From the NCBI GenBank assembly GCA_964270895.1, contig OZ185442.1: a DNA stretch of 64,000 nt; one strand, 5' to 3'. The stretch comes from Podarcis filfolensis. Lineage: Eukaryota. Below the pieces are notes generated by a model that was not told the origin of the DNA, ran no database searches, and saw nothing but the letters and a program-made list of their open reading frames with translations. Made by a program: the position numbers and the translations under genes. Shown piece after piece: positions 42,523-56,794 of this stretch (within the stretch, counting starts at the first letter, position 1; each line of letters begins with the position of its first letter).

Positions 42523-42750
42523 ACAGTGGAACCTCGGTTCCCAAACAAAATCCATACCGGAAGCCTGTTTGGTTTCTGAAAACCAAAGCGTGGCTTCCCA
42601 TTGGTTGCAAGAGCTTCTTGCACTCAGTGGAAGCTGCGTTGCACGTTCGGGTTCTGAAAAATGGAAACGGAAGAATTTACTTCTGGGTTTTCGGCGTTCG
42701 GGAACCAAAATGTATGAGAACAGAGGCGTTCGAGAACGGAGGTCCCACTG
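42523..42750. mobile_element. Tc1/mariner (Tigger-like) MITE, second family
   Basis: tacagtggaacctcgg ... cggaggtcccactgta. Related element at about 62196-62447 (cagtcgtaccttgg / ccaaggtatgactg). Confidence 0.7.
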
Positions 42751-44640
42751 TACAGTTCGTCAAGCCTGAGCTCTGTTTTCGTGCTGGTTTTGACAACTGT
42801 ATTGAAAGCAAACCTGGATGTTGTAGTCTGACCACTGTCAGGTTGGGGTAGGGCTGATCCATCATCTCATGAGACTATTTGCAGGCTGTCCTTTAGTGAT
42901 CCTCTAGAGTCTAGACTAATTTTCACAGGGGGAATTAATATCTTCATCACTGAGCAGAGGGACCAAATTTTAAAATGTTAGCATCTCTCTCCAACTTGCT
43001 ACGATTAGGGTGGTTATATGTCTTACTTTATAGAGAACACTCCTCTGTTTGAAGGGTTGCCAGAGGACAGTTCTCTCTTGACAGAATCCTTTATATGAAG
43101 GGATGGATGTCTGGTCCAAATATGAGGACCATGAGAAAGAACCATGAGAGGGGAAAACAGAAGGGGCTTTGGGATTGCCAGTTCACAAAGAGCCCCTAGA
43201 TTGCAGGCTCAGCAGGAACACGAGTCACATGATTTCTGCCCCACTCTGGTGTACTGTATCGCTATTTAAATTATACAATTCTACATTTACATCTCTAAAT
43301 GTGATTTGAGGCTTGCAAATGTTATGCAAACCTGTGCCCTCTTTTATTTTTGGTGACGTGTTTCCTCATTTTGGGCGGTGCGTGGTAATTGCTAATTCTT
43401 AATTTGTCACCGTTCATAATTTCTTTTGCAGAGGCTGCAGGTTTTTTTATTATTATTTTGCATTGAGAGCTAGGTAGCCATATTGCACGTATTATTACTG
43501 CTGCTGCTGCTACTGCAAAATGCTTCCTCTTACCTTTCAAGGCCCCACACAGCTTGGAACCCAGGTATCCAAGGGAACATTTCCCAAACCAAACTCATAC
43601 ACTGAAAGCGCATGGCTTCCCTCTCCCCCCAAAGAATTCTGGGAACTGTAGTTTGTTAAGGGAGCTTGGAATCATAAATCTGTGAGGGCCTAACTGCGGT
43701 CCCCAGGATTCCTTTGGGAGGAGTGATGGTTGTTCAAGTAATATTGATGTGCTTTGGTGGTATGGATATGATCCAACTTGCCCACACATTAAAATTTGCT
43801 TCCAAAATCCTCTCCCAGGTGCCCCCGCCATCAGAGGGTGGCAAGATGGGTGGTGACTGAAAGGAGGGTTTCTTTTGTTGTTGTGTGGGATTTTCTGCTA
43901 GAGTTACTCCCTCTTATCTTTTAAGCTTTTATCTTTAAGGCACCATGAAAATACCTTTTTATTCTGATTTTCCCAGGCTTTTTAATTGCTGCTGTTTTAT
44001 CTCTGCTGGATTGTTTGTTTCTATAACGCCCTTCAGTAGAAAGGAAGGGAGGTTCTCAATGGCTGAACAATGACAGAAACATCATTGAATGTTGCCTCTA
44101 ATTATGTTGCCTCTGATCTGTTGTTGTTGTTGATTTATTAGTCGCCTTCTAAACAACCGTTTCGAGGCAATTTCTACATAATTCAAAGCGGTTTAAAATG
44201 GGGAAGCTCAGAAACCAAGAAGACCAAAACTTCAATAAAGAATGAGGGAATTTATAGTTTATCTGGGAGACCACTGTAAGCAGATGAAAGCATCAGCAGG
44301 GTTGAAATAACACTTGTAATGTAGCAAATATTGTGGACAAAATGGAGAGACATAAAATATGGATTACAGAACAATATGAAGTTGGAAAGGTTGACAATAG
44401 GACCCATGGAGGGGAAAGTGGGAAGTCCAGAGATTCGGAGAAATCTCTAAATATGAATATGTATTTTGTGTTGTTATAATTCTATACTTGTAAAATCAAA
44501 TAAAATTTATTATTTTTTAAAAGCAGTTTAAAATGCAAATACATTTAAAATATGACTAAAAGTAGGCACTTGTAGCAGAGGCTAGGGGAGCTGGCCCCTG
44601 GGGGCCGAGCCACTGGGCCCCCGCAATCAATGTCCTGGTT

Positions 44641-44880
44641 GGCTCCAGTGTGGTGTAGTGGTTAAGAGTGGTAGTCTCGTAATCTGGGGGACCAGGTTCG
44701 CGTCTCCGCTCCTCCACATGCAGCTGCTGGGTGACCTTGGGCCAGTCACACTTCTCTGAAGTCTCTCAGCCCCACTCACCTCACAGAGTGTTTGTTGTGG
44801 GGGAGGAAGGGAAAGGAGAATGTTAGCCGCTTTGAGACTCCTGAAGGGGAGTGATAAAGCGGGATATCAAATCCAAACAA
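44641..44880 (+). mobile_element. tRNA-derived SINE with L2-like tail, followed by (CTA)n(CTT)n
   Basis: Box A tggtgtagtggttaag, box B ggttcgcgtc, core gtgaccttgggccagtcac, tail ttagccgctttgagactcc. Confidence 0.75.
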
Positions 44881-46897
44881 CTACTACTACTACTCTTCTT
44901 CTTCTTCTTCTTCTTCTTCTTCTTCTCCTTCTCCGTGGGACTCACAACAAGAACTGTTCTGTGACCTGGGATGGTGGCTGTGGGTTCTCTTCCAGTTCTT
45001 GAAAGGGCCTTTCCTGTTTTATTTCTTTATTTCTCATCCTTTGCTCAAAGGAACTTGAAGTGGCATACACGAGATATCCCCCTACTCATTTAACCTCCAC
45101 AACAACCCTGTGAGGTAGGTTAGCTTAGGCTGAGAAGCAGTGACTGGCCCAGTGAACTTCATCACCAAATGGGGATTCAGCTGGGTGTGTGAAGTAAAGC
45201 ACAGCAAAGACTGTTTCAAGGGCAGAAAGTCACCTGTGGTAATTCACTGTCGTATGCCTGGGTCCTTCATGAAACAGTCACCTACAGATGAACGTCCATT
45301 ATGTAACAAGGGGTACCAAAGGCAGAAAGTGGAGCTGCAAAAAAATGCACTATGCTAAGAGCTGATGGGGGACTGAGTAGGAATATAAATGCCCTATAAT
45401 ACTTTGCATGTACCCCAGCCAATGTAAACTGCTTTGGAATTTCAGTTGTGGTTTCCCAGTGGAATTCCTTATCTTCTTGTGGTCCCTACCCTGCCTCAAC
45501 CTTTGTCCTGATGACTCCAGATGTTCCTCAAAGTAATCAAACTCCAGCAAGGTTCCCATCTGGATTCTCCAGGCAATATGGTGGGTGTGGCAATCCATCC
45601 ACAAATCAACCATGCGTGCCATTTGATAATATAATTTAACAGCCTAACTAACAGGTACTCTCAGGGAGTCTGTGATACAATGTGATGTAATTGCAGCCAC
45701 AATTAATTGGAGCCATTTTGTAAACGGCCTCAAAAATCTGGCTCTGCATGTTCTGGTATGATGGCACCACTCTTGGAACTGGGTAGGAACCCAAATCACT
45801 TTTGTCAACACGGAGGCTGTATAGGGAAAGGCTGTAGCTCAGTGGCGTTCAGAAGGTCCTGGATTTAATCCCCAGCATCTCCAAGCAGGGCTCAAGAAGA
45901 CTGCTGTAGACAATGCTTAGCTGGATGGACCAGTGGTAGCACCTAGCTCAGGATTGTCCCATGTTCCTCTCTTCATGCTTTCCCAACAGTAATGTGTTTA
46001 TCTGCCCTTGCTTATCCCTCAAGAGGTTGCAACTGTTGGCATATGCTTCCATGGGTTACTGAAGACACCACCCGCTTCCAGATGACCTGTTCATTGTGCA
46101 TTTATCCTGATTTGTTTGCACAAAGTTTGTGGGGAGGTTATACAATGCCTGCTGTTATTTATGAGTGAGGCATTTTTTGACGCAGTGGCTGCTAAACTGT
46201 CAACCTGTAAGTTTCATGGCTGAGTGGGGATTTGAACCCTGGTCTCCTAGGTCATAGACTCATAGAATCCTAGAGTTGGGAGGAACCATGAGGGTCACTG
46301 AGTCCAGCCCCCTGCAATGCAGAAATCTCAACTAGATCATACTTGACAGATGTATGACAGAGCATGCATGAGAGATGCACCACACTGCCTTCCATCCTGA
46401 ATGTTTTCATTCAAATACATGTATCTTCAGTTGTCTTGCTTTTCAGTGTTTCAGCTGATTAAGTTGTTGGCGTTCATCTGTCTCAAGAGACAATGGAGTG
46501 TGCCTCCAGGGGTGAAGTCAAACTGCTGCGTTAGCATCACCCAAGTGACCTCCTGGGGCACAAGCCTGGGCAGTGTGTAAGGAGGTTCTGGACTGCCCAG
46601 ACAGCAAGATCCCCCTCTGAGCCACACTGATGTGGTCCAAAGGAAAGCAGAGCAATGCGTTTGGCCCCAGCTTGACTGCAGCCATTGCTGGAAGTGAATG
46701 GCGCAAATTTAAATCAGTGTGATTGAAAGTTAATGTACTTTCTCAGTGCCACTTGGCCATGAAGCTCATTGGGTGACCTTGGCTCCCTCAATCCTTCATC
46801 TTACCCTAATTACTGGGTTGTTGTGAGGATAAAGGGATGGGGTGCTACAGAAAACCCTGTTCCTTGGAGGAAGGGTGGGATAAAGATGTACTACAGT

Positions 46898-49359
46898 AAA
46901 AAAAAAGTATTAGTGGAAGAGATACATAAGGACCAAGCTGGCTTTCTCCCAGGTAGACACTTGTCTGACAACACGAGGAACATAATTAACATTTTGGAGA
47001 AATTGCAAGTGAACATTAATATCAAAGCAGTTTTAATTTTCATAGATGCGGAGAAAGCCTTTGACAATATTTCTTGGAATTTTATGAAGAAAAGGCTAAG
47101 CTAATAGTTAATAATGTGCTGACAGAGGAATTTAAGATAGAGAAAGGGACATGACAAGGCTGTCCAATTTCCCCATTGCTTTTTATTTCGGTCCTGGAGG
47201 TTTTGTTAAATATGATTAGAAGGGACCGTTTGATTAAAGGTATTCAGGTCGGAGCCAAACAATACAAATTGAAAGCTTTTGCAGATGACCTAGTTTTGAC
47301 GTTACAGGAGCCAGAATCTAGTACGAAAAGGGTATTAGAACTGATTCAAGAATTTGGTCATGTGGCAGGATTTAAGCTGAACAAGTCAAAAACTAAAGTT
47401 CTTGAGAAAAACTTAACACCGATTGAGAAAGAGAGGTTTCAGAAGGAGACAGGTTTAACATTAGTTAAGAAAGTAAAATATCTGGGGGTTAATATGACTG
47501 CTAAGAACTTAAACTTATTTAAAGATAACTATGAGAAATGTTGGACAGAAGTGAAAAAAGACTTAGAAATATGGTCAAATTTGAAGCTTTCCTTGTTGGG
47601 TCGAATTGCAGCTATAAAGATGAATGTATTGCCAAAAATGTTATTTTTGTTTCAATCATTGCAAATTTTGGACAAGATGGACTGTTTCAAGAAGTGGCAG
47701 AGAGATATTTCTAGATTTGTCTGGCAGGGCAAGAAGCCCAGAATAAAATTTAAAATATTAACTGATGCAAAGGAAAGAGGCGGATTTGCCCTGCCAGACC
47801 TTAAGCTTTACTATGAATCAGCAGCATTCTGCTGGTTGTAAGATTGGCTGCTTCTTGAGAACACAGACATTTTGGACTTAGAAGGTTTTAATAATGTTTT
47901 TGGGTGGCATGCATATTTGTGGTACGACAAGGTTAAAGCACATAAAGCATTTAAAAACCATATTGTCAGGAAAGCATTGTTTAATGTCTGGATAAGATAT
48001 AAAGACTTACTTGAAAATAAAACCCCAAGGTGGTTGTCACCAATGGAAGCAAAGGCTCAGAAAAAGCTCAATATGGAGGCCAAATGGCTGAAATATTGGG
48101 AAATATTGGAACAAGAAGGAGACAAATTGAAATTGCAGAGTTTTGAGAAATTAAAAGATAAAGTGCGAGACTGGCTTCATTATTATCAAATAAGAGAGGC
48201 CTATAATTTGGACAAAAAAATTGGCTTCCAGGTGGAAAAATCAAAATTGGAAACAGAACTGTTAGATCCCAAAACTAAGATACTTTCAAGAATGTATAAC
48301 TTGCTGTTAAAATGGAATACGCAGGATGAAACGGTTAAATCTGCTATGATTAAATGGGCACAAGATGTTGGACATAACATTATGTTTGCTGACTGGGAAC
48401 AGTTGTGGACCACCGGTATGAAATTTACGGCATGTAATGCCCTAAGAGAGAATATTATGAAAATGATATACAGGTGGTACATGACACCAGTCAAGCTTGC
48501 AAAAATATATCATTTGCCCGATAACAAATGTTGGAAATGTAAAGAAAATGAAGGTACATTCTTTCACCTTTGGTGGACGTGCCCAAAGATTAAGGCTTTC
48601 TGGGAGATGATCTATAATGAAATGAAAAAGGTATTTAAATATACCTTTCTGAAGAAACCAGAGGCCTTTCTCTTGGGCATAGTCGGCCAATTGGTGCCAA
48701 AGAAGGATAGAACTTTCTTCATGTATGCAACAACAGCAGCAAGAATACTTATTGCAAAGTATTGGAAGACACAAGATTTACCCACCCTGGAAGAGTGGCA
48801 GATGAAGGTGATGGACTATATGGAATTGGCGGAAATGACTGGCAGAATCCGAGACCTGGGAGAAGAGTTGGTGGAAGAAGATTGGAAGAAATTTAAAGAC
48901 TATTTGCAGAAACACTGTAAAATTAATGAATGTTAAAATGATGTTGGATTGAAAATAAGTGGCATTAGCAACAAAGTTAATAAGAATATGCAAAAATGGA
49001 TTGATAATGGATGAAAATATAGAGTTATAATATGTTAAGATATAGAGTTAAGATAAATGAAAGAGGGTAAGGATTTGTTGATTTAATTATGTAAATGGGA
49101 ACACAAAAAGGGGAGGTGTGAGGAGGTCAAGGAAACAAGCTAATGAGTTTAAAGATACAAAAAAATGGATTTGTTTTTAATTTTTTCTTATTTATTCGCT
49201 TTTTTTGGCATTTTGTATTTTTATTTTTATTTTTTATTTTTTCTATTTTATGTATTTTTGTATGTTTTTTATTTCTTTCTTTTTATATGTTTTCTTTTTA
49301 TTCTGTAAACCTTTGTTTTTTGTAAAATCTCAATAAATATTTTTTTAAAAAAATAAAAA
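46898..49359 (+). mobile_element. L1/Tx1-clade LINE, 5'-truncated (RT to Cys-rich C-terminus, 3' UTR, A-rich tail)
   Basis: DQAGFLPGR..FIDAEKAFD..QGCPISPLLF..KAFADDLV..KYLGV..CWKCKENEGTFFHLWWTC. Internal deletion near 47097; stops near 47152 and at 47839-47841; 17-bp TSD taaagatgtactacagt (46881-46897, 49360-49376). Confidence 0.92.
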
Positions 49360-49372
49360 TAAAGATGTACTA

Positions 49373-49598
49373 CAGTGGTACCTTGGGTTACAGACGCTTC
49401 AGGTTACAGACTCCGCTAACCCAGAAATAGTACCTCGGGTTAAGAACTTTGCTTCAGGATGAGAACACAAATCATGCTCCAGCGGTGCGGTGGCAGCAGG
49501 AGGCCCCATTAGCTAAAGTGGTGCTTCAGGTTAAGAACAGTTTCAGGTTAAGAACGGACCTCCGGAACGAATTAAGTTCTTAACCCGAGGTACCACTG
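49373..49598. mobile_element. Tigger-like MITE
   Basis: cagtggtacc...ggtaccactg with TA flanks. Confidence 0.85.
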
Positions 49599-50998
49599 TA
49601 TTTCTGAAAAGGCACTGTGGTTGGGATTTGGAAAAGCTATTTGATTTGAATCAACTGATAGAAACCAGGTAATGAATCATTTTTTATAAATTTTATTTTA
49701 AACCTTCTGTTGGTAGACAGTCCTGTTGACAGGAAGCCTCCTGGTTGTTTAGTGCTTCTCCTGTGTCGATGCCTCTTACCCCGATCCGTCCGATTTGCTT
49801 GCCTCTCCAGTTTAGCAGCCCTGGAGCCAGCAATACACGCCTCAGCCGTTGCCTCACCTTTGCCATCCCTTCAGAGAGATGCCTATTGCCTTGGCTCATC
49901 TTTTGTTTGTGTTTGGTCTTAAGCAGACTTGGAGAAGAGGTAGGAGGGGTGGTGCGGCAGAATGTGGCCTCTCCTTAGCTAAGACATCAGAGTCACAAAG
50001 AGCAGCATTGTTGACAGGAGAGGAAGTGCACAGCTTCTTTCTGGAGCCCCAGACTTCCTTTTGTGTTGTGTTTCAAGGCACTTTCTGGGTTTTAAAGCTC
50101 CATGGCCCAGCAGGGATTGCTTTGTGGTTTTTTAAACCTGGCACTTTTCTTGGGAAAACCGGTATTTTACCGCTGAATCAGAGCATTTGGCAATTGCCAT
50201 TTGCTCCAGTTCAGTGGTAAAACATAGGTTCTCTCCGGGAAATCACTGGGACATCAAAACCCGCTCAGACGCAGGACTTTAAAGTGCGGACCTGTGCCTG
50301 GAAATTGTGTGGCACAAAAAGAAGTCTGGGTGAGCCTAAAGAACAAGCAAGGGGATGGTTGACCTTTCAGAGGAGAGGACATCATCCTGTGGTTCTGGAA
50401 AGCAGGGGGCAGGCAGAAGTGGTGGTCTGAGATGAAAAATCATGGCACCGATTTTCTTTTTTTTAAAAAAATAAATTTTTATTAGTGCTTATAGAGGAAA
50501 AAATACGAAACTTAATATTGAATATATTTTTTCCTCTTTTTTGGGGGGGGGGCAAACTAAGACTTTGATCTAAAGACAATACAAACATAAAGAGAAAGGG
50601 AAAGAGAGGAATAACGAAAGAAAGAGAAATAAGGAAAAGGGGTTAAGAAAGAGAGAGAAAAAAAATAAAATCCAGAAGCTATTGCACTAGTTTTCAAACA
50701 AGCACTGGAAAAAAGAAAACATCGCCTCTACCGATTCCAGGGCTACAGATTTGGGTGCCAGGTATCTGTCAGATATTTGCTTCAGCAGCCATCATTTGAC
50801 CTTTTACACTGAGTATTTAACAAGTAGGGACTAGAAATAGAATGCTTTGGCATATCCGCAGCTCCTAACAGGAGCTCTTCTGTTCAGTGCTCTAACCAAC
50901 TTGGACATGGGGAGAAGATCAAGGAGAAGAAAGAGGACACATTTTTTTCATTCTTTCCCACCTTCCTGGAACTTTTTCACTCTCTGCCAGACCCAAAT

Positions 50999-51160
50999 AG
51001 GGTGACCAGATGCAAAAGAGGACAGAGCTCCTGCACCCACATGAAATATACATAAAAGTTATCAATAAAATCAGACCTTAAAGACAAGCCTTTGATGTGT
51101 GTCTTCTACATACCTTTTAATGGCGCAGGAGAACTTCTCCTCTTTTGTGTCTGGTCACCT
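50999..51160. mobile_element. MITE with TAGGGTGACCA-type TIR
   Basis: gggtgaccagatgcaaaagagga / tcctcttttgtgtctggtcacc. Confidence 0.6.
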
Positions 51161-52531
51161 GAGATGCAAACCTGGATACCTTTGGTATCTTTGGCCCTCC
51201 ACTTGTTGTTGGGACACAGTTGCCATCATTCCTGACCAACTGCTGTGCTGACTGGGGCTGGTGACAGTTAAGAGTCTATCAACATCTGGAGGGCCAGTGG
51301 TTTGTCTTATTGCTATATAGCTAGGAAGGGGAAAAGTTTCTAGTGATCAGGAAAGGTGAAAGTGCACCCTCTTCCTGCAACCTGCCTGGTCTTGTGACCT
51401 GCCATCTTGACAGCAGTGCTGTCTGGATTTCCAGTATAGAGTGAGTGACCAAAGCATGGCATTTCCAGCGAAGAGGGCAAACCTATTCATTTTATTTAAA
51501 ACACATACACCCTGCCTTTCATCTGGGGAGCTGAAGGCAGCTGGCAACAAGGTAAAACACTGAATTCACAATTCAAAACAACCTTCCCAATTTCCAGAGG
51601 AGTTGCAGTGTGAGTCTTCTGCAACAGAAGCACCGGGGAGTCTTGTGGCATCTTAAAGACTATCAGTGAACAGATAACGTCAACACTGTCAGCTGAGGGG
51701 GGTCCGCTGGCTGCATCTTCAGGACGTGCTACATTTAATATCCAATCCAGCAGTCCTCTTTTAACCTGCTTTGAAAAGTTGACCATCGATATGAACTCAA
51801 CATCTAAAAGACAACTGTGTATTATAGATAAGATATTTAGTAATCCCCAGTTAGGTCAAACCAATATTATAAAACAAATCTGGGACTGTGAAATGGGAGT
51901 AGAATTTGGAAAGAGGCGATTTCTCCTGTTTATTCTTGCTTTGTATGAAATTCAATAAAAATATATATTTTAAAAAAGACTAACAGAGCTATCCAAACCA
52001 CCTTTCCTGAGGTGGGTGGGTGTATTGGGTAGAGGTCTCCTGCCCAGCCCTGCCAGTCTCTACCTGCGGAATCATGCCAAGCAGGTGAAAATTCCATTGG
52101 TGGGTTATCTGCTGGCTTCAGCCCTGGAATGGGGCATCTTTAGGGGTGGGGAGGGGCTGAGTCAGCCCAGGATTTGTTGAATCTTGAGCCAGCACCACTC
52201 CCATCTCATGACAACACTGGGACTGAACTGGGCTAAGTTACTGGGCTAAGTTACTCCAGGCTGGCCCAGTGACCTGCCTGACCCACCGCAGTCTTCTGAC
52301 CTTGGTGAAATGGACCGCAGTCCAGGAAAGCTTATGGCTTCGTGGTCCTTACCTTCTGACAGGAGTGCTTCAAGTTACTCAAGTCCACCTCCATCACCAT
52401 CCTTGATTTGCCTCCATCTCCCCGACACTTAACATTCGTTGGCTACGGAGCTTGCTCAGCCTTTGCTGGGTTAATTGGGAGGTTGCTGTTTTCTTGCTGC
52501 CCCCACCAATCTCCCCCTGACCCTGGAAGTA

Positions 52532-52788
52532 CCGTATTTTTTGCTCTATAAGACTCACTTTTTCTCTCCTAAAAAGTAAGGGGAAATGTGTGTGCGTCTT
52601 ATGGAGCGAATGCAGGCTGTGCAGCTATCACAGAAGCCAGAACAGCAAGAGGGATTGCTGCTTTCACTGTCCAGTGATCTCTCTTGCTGTTCTGGCTTCT
52701 GAGATTCAGAATATTTTTTTTCTTGTTTTCCTCCTCCAAAAACTAGGTGCGTCTTGTGGTCTGGTGCGTCTTATAGAGCGAAAAATAC
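52532..52788. mobile_element. Tc1/mariner-type MITE (same family as 5606-5866)
   Basis: ccgtattttttgctctataagac start; near-identical body. Confidence 0.85.
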
Positions 52789-54033
52789 TAATTTATTAAG
52801 AATTGTCTTCCTGCAAATCTTAGGGTCTCCCTGATACTCAGCAGCTGATGAACACCCAGGGGAAAACGCTTTTGAATTCCTTCCATGTGAAAAGGGAACA
52901 GTGGCAGTAATTAAGAGATAGACACATTAGAATCACAGCCTCATTCCTTTGATCTAGATAAGCAACTTGGATCACCGTCAAGGAGCTACACAAATCCCAG
53001 GCTCCAGACAAGTCTGTGCAGCCAAAATACTTAACACGGAAGCATCTGTTCAGGAGGCTTGAAATCATTTTTGTATCTCTATTAAGTCTGACTTTAGCAA
53101 CTGTTCAGGCGGAAAGATAAGGCTGAGCAGAAGCACTTGTAATGCAAATGTGCAGTCTGGCTGGTGTCTTTTACATTTGCGTTCCATATCTGATGGAAGC
53201 GAGGGCGCTTTAAGCTTTATTTGCGAAAACACCTACAGACAATCAGAAAACCCTCCTCGAAACCAGTAGCAATTCACATTTACCAATACAAAGGTTGTCT
53301 CCCTTCCAGTTCCGCTGTCTTTCAGCACCTCAGGCTTAGCTTTCAATGTAAAAACATCAATCAAATATTGAAATTTGGTTGGGAGTTTGTCTTCCTTTCC
53401 AAACTGTCACTTTCGCATTGCATATAGCGAATAGCGCAGTCCTTTGTACTCGATGTTAGTCCTCCTGAAAGTAGAACCGATAATATTAATGAACATTATT
53501 AAGTTAGGTCTCCTTTAATCTCAGAGATTTTACTGTGACTAAAACTTTTTTTGATACAACCCTATGTTTCTATAGATCACATAGGCTCTTGTTTATTTAT
53601 TATTGATCTGATGAATTCATAGCCCGCTCTTAAAGAGACGTTCTTTCCAAAGCACCTTACAAAAATATGCCTGAAAATGTAACCAATGAAATATAATTTG
53701 CAGCTTATTAAAGCATCTACTCCATTGTATTACTAAAAGCCAGCACAAATGTAATAAATAGCCCAGCATGATTTCACATGCACAAAAACCAGACCGTTAA
53801 CTCCATTTATACAGTTCAGCCTGTAAGTAGCTACTGAAGGTTTCTATGACAAAATAGAAACAACTATTTCAACTTCATTTCACAAATTAACCATGGAAAT
53901 AATCACTTATAAAAATGGCAGAAGGGAAGAGTTTACCCTAAAAGGCAGCATACAAATGTTTTATATAAATAAATTTAAGATCTATTGTATGCTGTAGCTT
54001 CTGAAGAGCACCAGTTTGGTGTAGTGGTTATAG

Positions 54034-54413
54034 GGATGTGGGTGGAGCTGTGGTCTAAACCACTGAGCCTCTTGGGCTTGCTGATCAGAAAGTCAGCAGT
54101 TCAAATCCCCGCAATGGGGTGAGCTCCCGTTGCTCTGTCCCAGTTCCTGCCAACCTAGCAGTTTGAAAGCACAGCAGTGCAAGTAGATAAATAGGTACCA
54201 CTGCAGTGGGAAGGTAAACGGCATTTCCATGTGCTCTGGTTTCTGTCACAGTGTTCCATTGCACCAGAAGCGGTTTAGTCATGCTGGCCACATGGCCCAG
54301 AAAGCTGTCTGTGGACAAACGCCGGCTCCCTTGGCCTGAAAGCGAGATGAGCGCTGCAACCCCATAGTCGTCTTTGACTGGACTTAACCGAAGGGGCCCT
54401 TTACCTTTACCTT
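54034..54413 (+). mobile_element. Full-length Sauria SINE inserted into an older tRNA SINE
   Basis: Head ggatgtgggtggagctgtggtctaaacc, (TTACCT)n tail, TSD ttatag. The host SINE box A (tggtgtagtggtta) is on the left and box B (gggttcaaat) on the right. Confidence 0.85.
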
Positions 54414-56794
54414 TTATAGTGTCAAACTAGAACCTGGGAGATCAGGGTTCAAATAACCACTCAGCCAAGAAGCTCACTGGGTGACCTTGAGCTACTCACT
54501 CTCCCTTTTAAATTAACCTATCTCACACGATTATTGAGAAGACAAAATGGGTGGTGGGAGGGATGTCATTTTGCATGTTTGAGGGGTGTCATTTTGCATG
54601 TCATTTTGAGCTCCTTGGCCCTGCCCCTCACCTTCCATGGATGCTTTTGCTTGGCTAAAATGTCGTTTTGAACTGTGGTAACGCCTCTGGTATGTCTGGA
54701 AGGATCCTAGAGTGATATGTATGTACATATGTTATATAGAAAGCTGTGGCTAGAATGCAACCTATTTCACAATGGTAAGGATCATACCCAACACTCTCTT
54801 CACTTTTGCCTCTAGCCCCACCCGCTGTCCCTGGCTACACCTGTTGCGGGTGTGATGCTGCACCCACCTGCTGCTGCCCCTCACAAGGACCTGTGCAAGT
54901 GTGTACAAAGCTGGGGGCCACAAGTGAGAATTAATGCATGCACGGACTACATGAGAGGAGGAGGAAGCTGACAGCCAGTGAATCTTCCTGGAGTGGTTGT
55001 AAGCAAGGAGGCAGTCTGGTGGGGGCTGGCTGAGGGCAAAATGAGGTTGGTGGTGGGGCAGAGCCCCATTTGCCCTAAAGAACCAGCCTCCACTGCTTAG
55101 CAGTGACTCTTCGCGCCAGGGACAGGGAACCTGTGGCCCTTCAAGATGTTGCTGGACTCCAGCTCCCATCATCCCTGAACATTGGTCACGCTGGCAGGGG
55201 ACAATGTGAGTTGAAGTGCAACAGCACCAGGAAGGCCTATCTCTGCTTCACAAGGTCTGCCGTATGTCGCTTCTACGGGAAGCCACCGAGAGGATGTCAA
55301 CAGCACGAGACATTATAGAATGGACGAGCTGCTAACCATTCAGAATTGTCACCTTGGGAGTTGAAAGCCACACCCAAGGAGTCACCAGAGGATCGTTTCC
55401 ATGCACATGGCCTAGCCTAACCTTTCCAAGGCACGTAGCCTCACCCTCAGCTTAAGTAGATGGAGTTTGTTATTATTAGGTGGCACATTGGAGGGAAACA
55501 CCTGGCATCGTAAGCGCTGTTGGAAAAGAGGTGGGTCCAGACAGGTTGTTCTTGAGATGATTCAAACTAGGCCTGATAGTGACACAATCATGTGTTTCAG
55601 TGCAGATCCAGGTTCTGAGGGGCTCTTGAACAAGGTGCCTCCCTCCTTGCCACTGTTGTAGGAACATAGGAAGCTGTCTTATATCAAGTCAGACTTTTGG
55701 TCTAGCTTAGTACACTGACTGCAGCTCTATGGGGTTTTCAGGCAAGGGGTCTACCTGGAGATGCTGGGGATTGAACCTGGGACCTCCTGCTTGCAAGGCA
55801 GATGCTCTACCACTGAGCTATGGCCCTTCCATCCATAGGGGGTCCCTGTGGCCACCCAGATCCTGTTGCTGCTGTGCATCCATCTGCCCTGTCAATCTGC
55901 TCCCCATCCTCACACCTGCTCAGCTTGCTGCATTTCCAGCACTGTGTCTAGTTGCGCAAGCCACTTTAGTTCTTTTGCAAAGGTTTAGGATTGCTCCCAA
56001 AGAAGGAACCTGTGTTCCAAAGCACACTGAGGAGTAATAAATCTTATTGGTTGGCACTTTTGAAAACCCCTTGTTGCATTCTTGCTAGTTTCTGTGCCTC
56101 CTTCCTGGCTGGGGCCTGTGTGTGACTGCACGTGCGCCTCAACTTCTGAGTTGTCGTCCAAAATATCTAGAGGGCACCAGGTTGGCAAAGGCTGCAGCGC
56201 AGCCTTGGGGGACATTGCCTAGATAGCAGCACCCCTGTCTGTGTGCATTGCTTGTTTGTCGAGAGAGTGCATTCCTGCCCCCTGGTGGCAACCCCTACCC
56301 TGGTGGAGGTACAGAAACTGCCTCTTCTCATGCTAGTTCAGAAGAGTTAAAGGTATATATAAATACAGAAGTTGAGCAATGACATGGAGTCATTAAGAGT
56401 GAATTGAACTTATGAGTTGCCTAACCAGATCACAGCAAAAAAGGCTGTGGTCCAGTGCTCTTTGTCTTCAAACGCCTTGGAAGCTTGCAACAGTGGTGGA
56501 CTTGGGTAATATGGCACCCTGTGGGAGGCCAACATTTGACACCCTCCGGCCTCCTTGCTGCCTTCCCAAATCAGGCTAAGTGAGGCGCTGGGCTTTGGGA
56601 AGGAGGCGCAAGGCTCTGGCAGGATCCTAGAGCCCTTCCACATCCTTCCCAAAGCTGGGTAAGTGATAACCAAGCTTTGGGAAAGAGGAAGGTGGACTCT
56701 AGGACTCTGTCAGAGGTTCATGCCTCTTCCTCAAAACCTGGCACCTTGCTTCCTGGGTTTTGAGAAGCTGCTCCCCCCAGCTAAACATCTAGTA

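Noticed and set aside
55103-55318. Small ORF with five Cys (defensin-like look)
   Set aside because: Not the six-Cys beta-defensin spacing, non-ATG start, no signal exon found.
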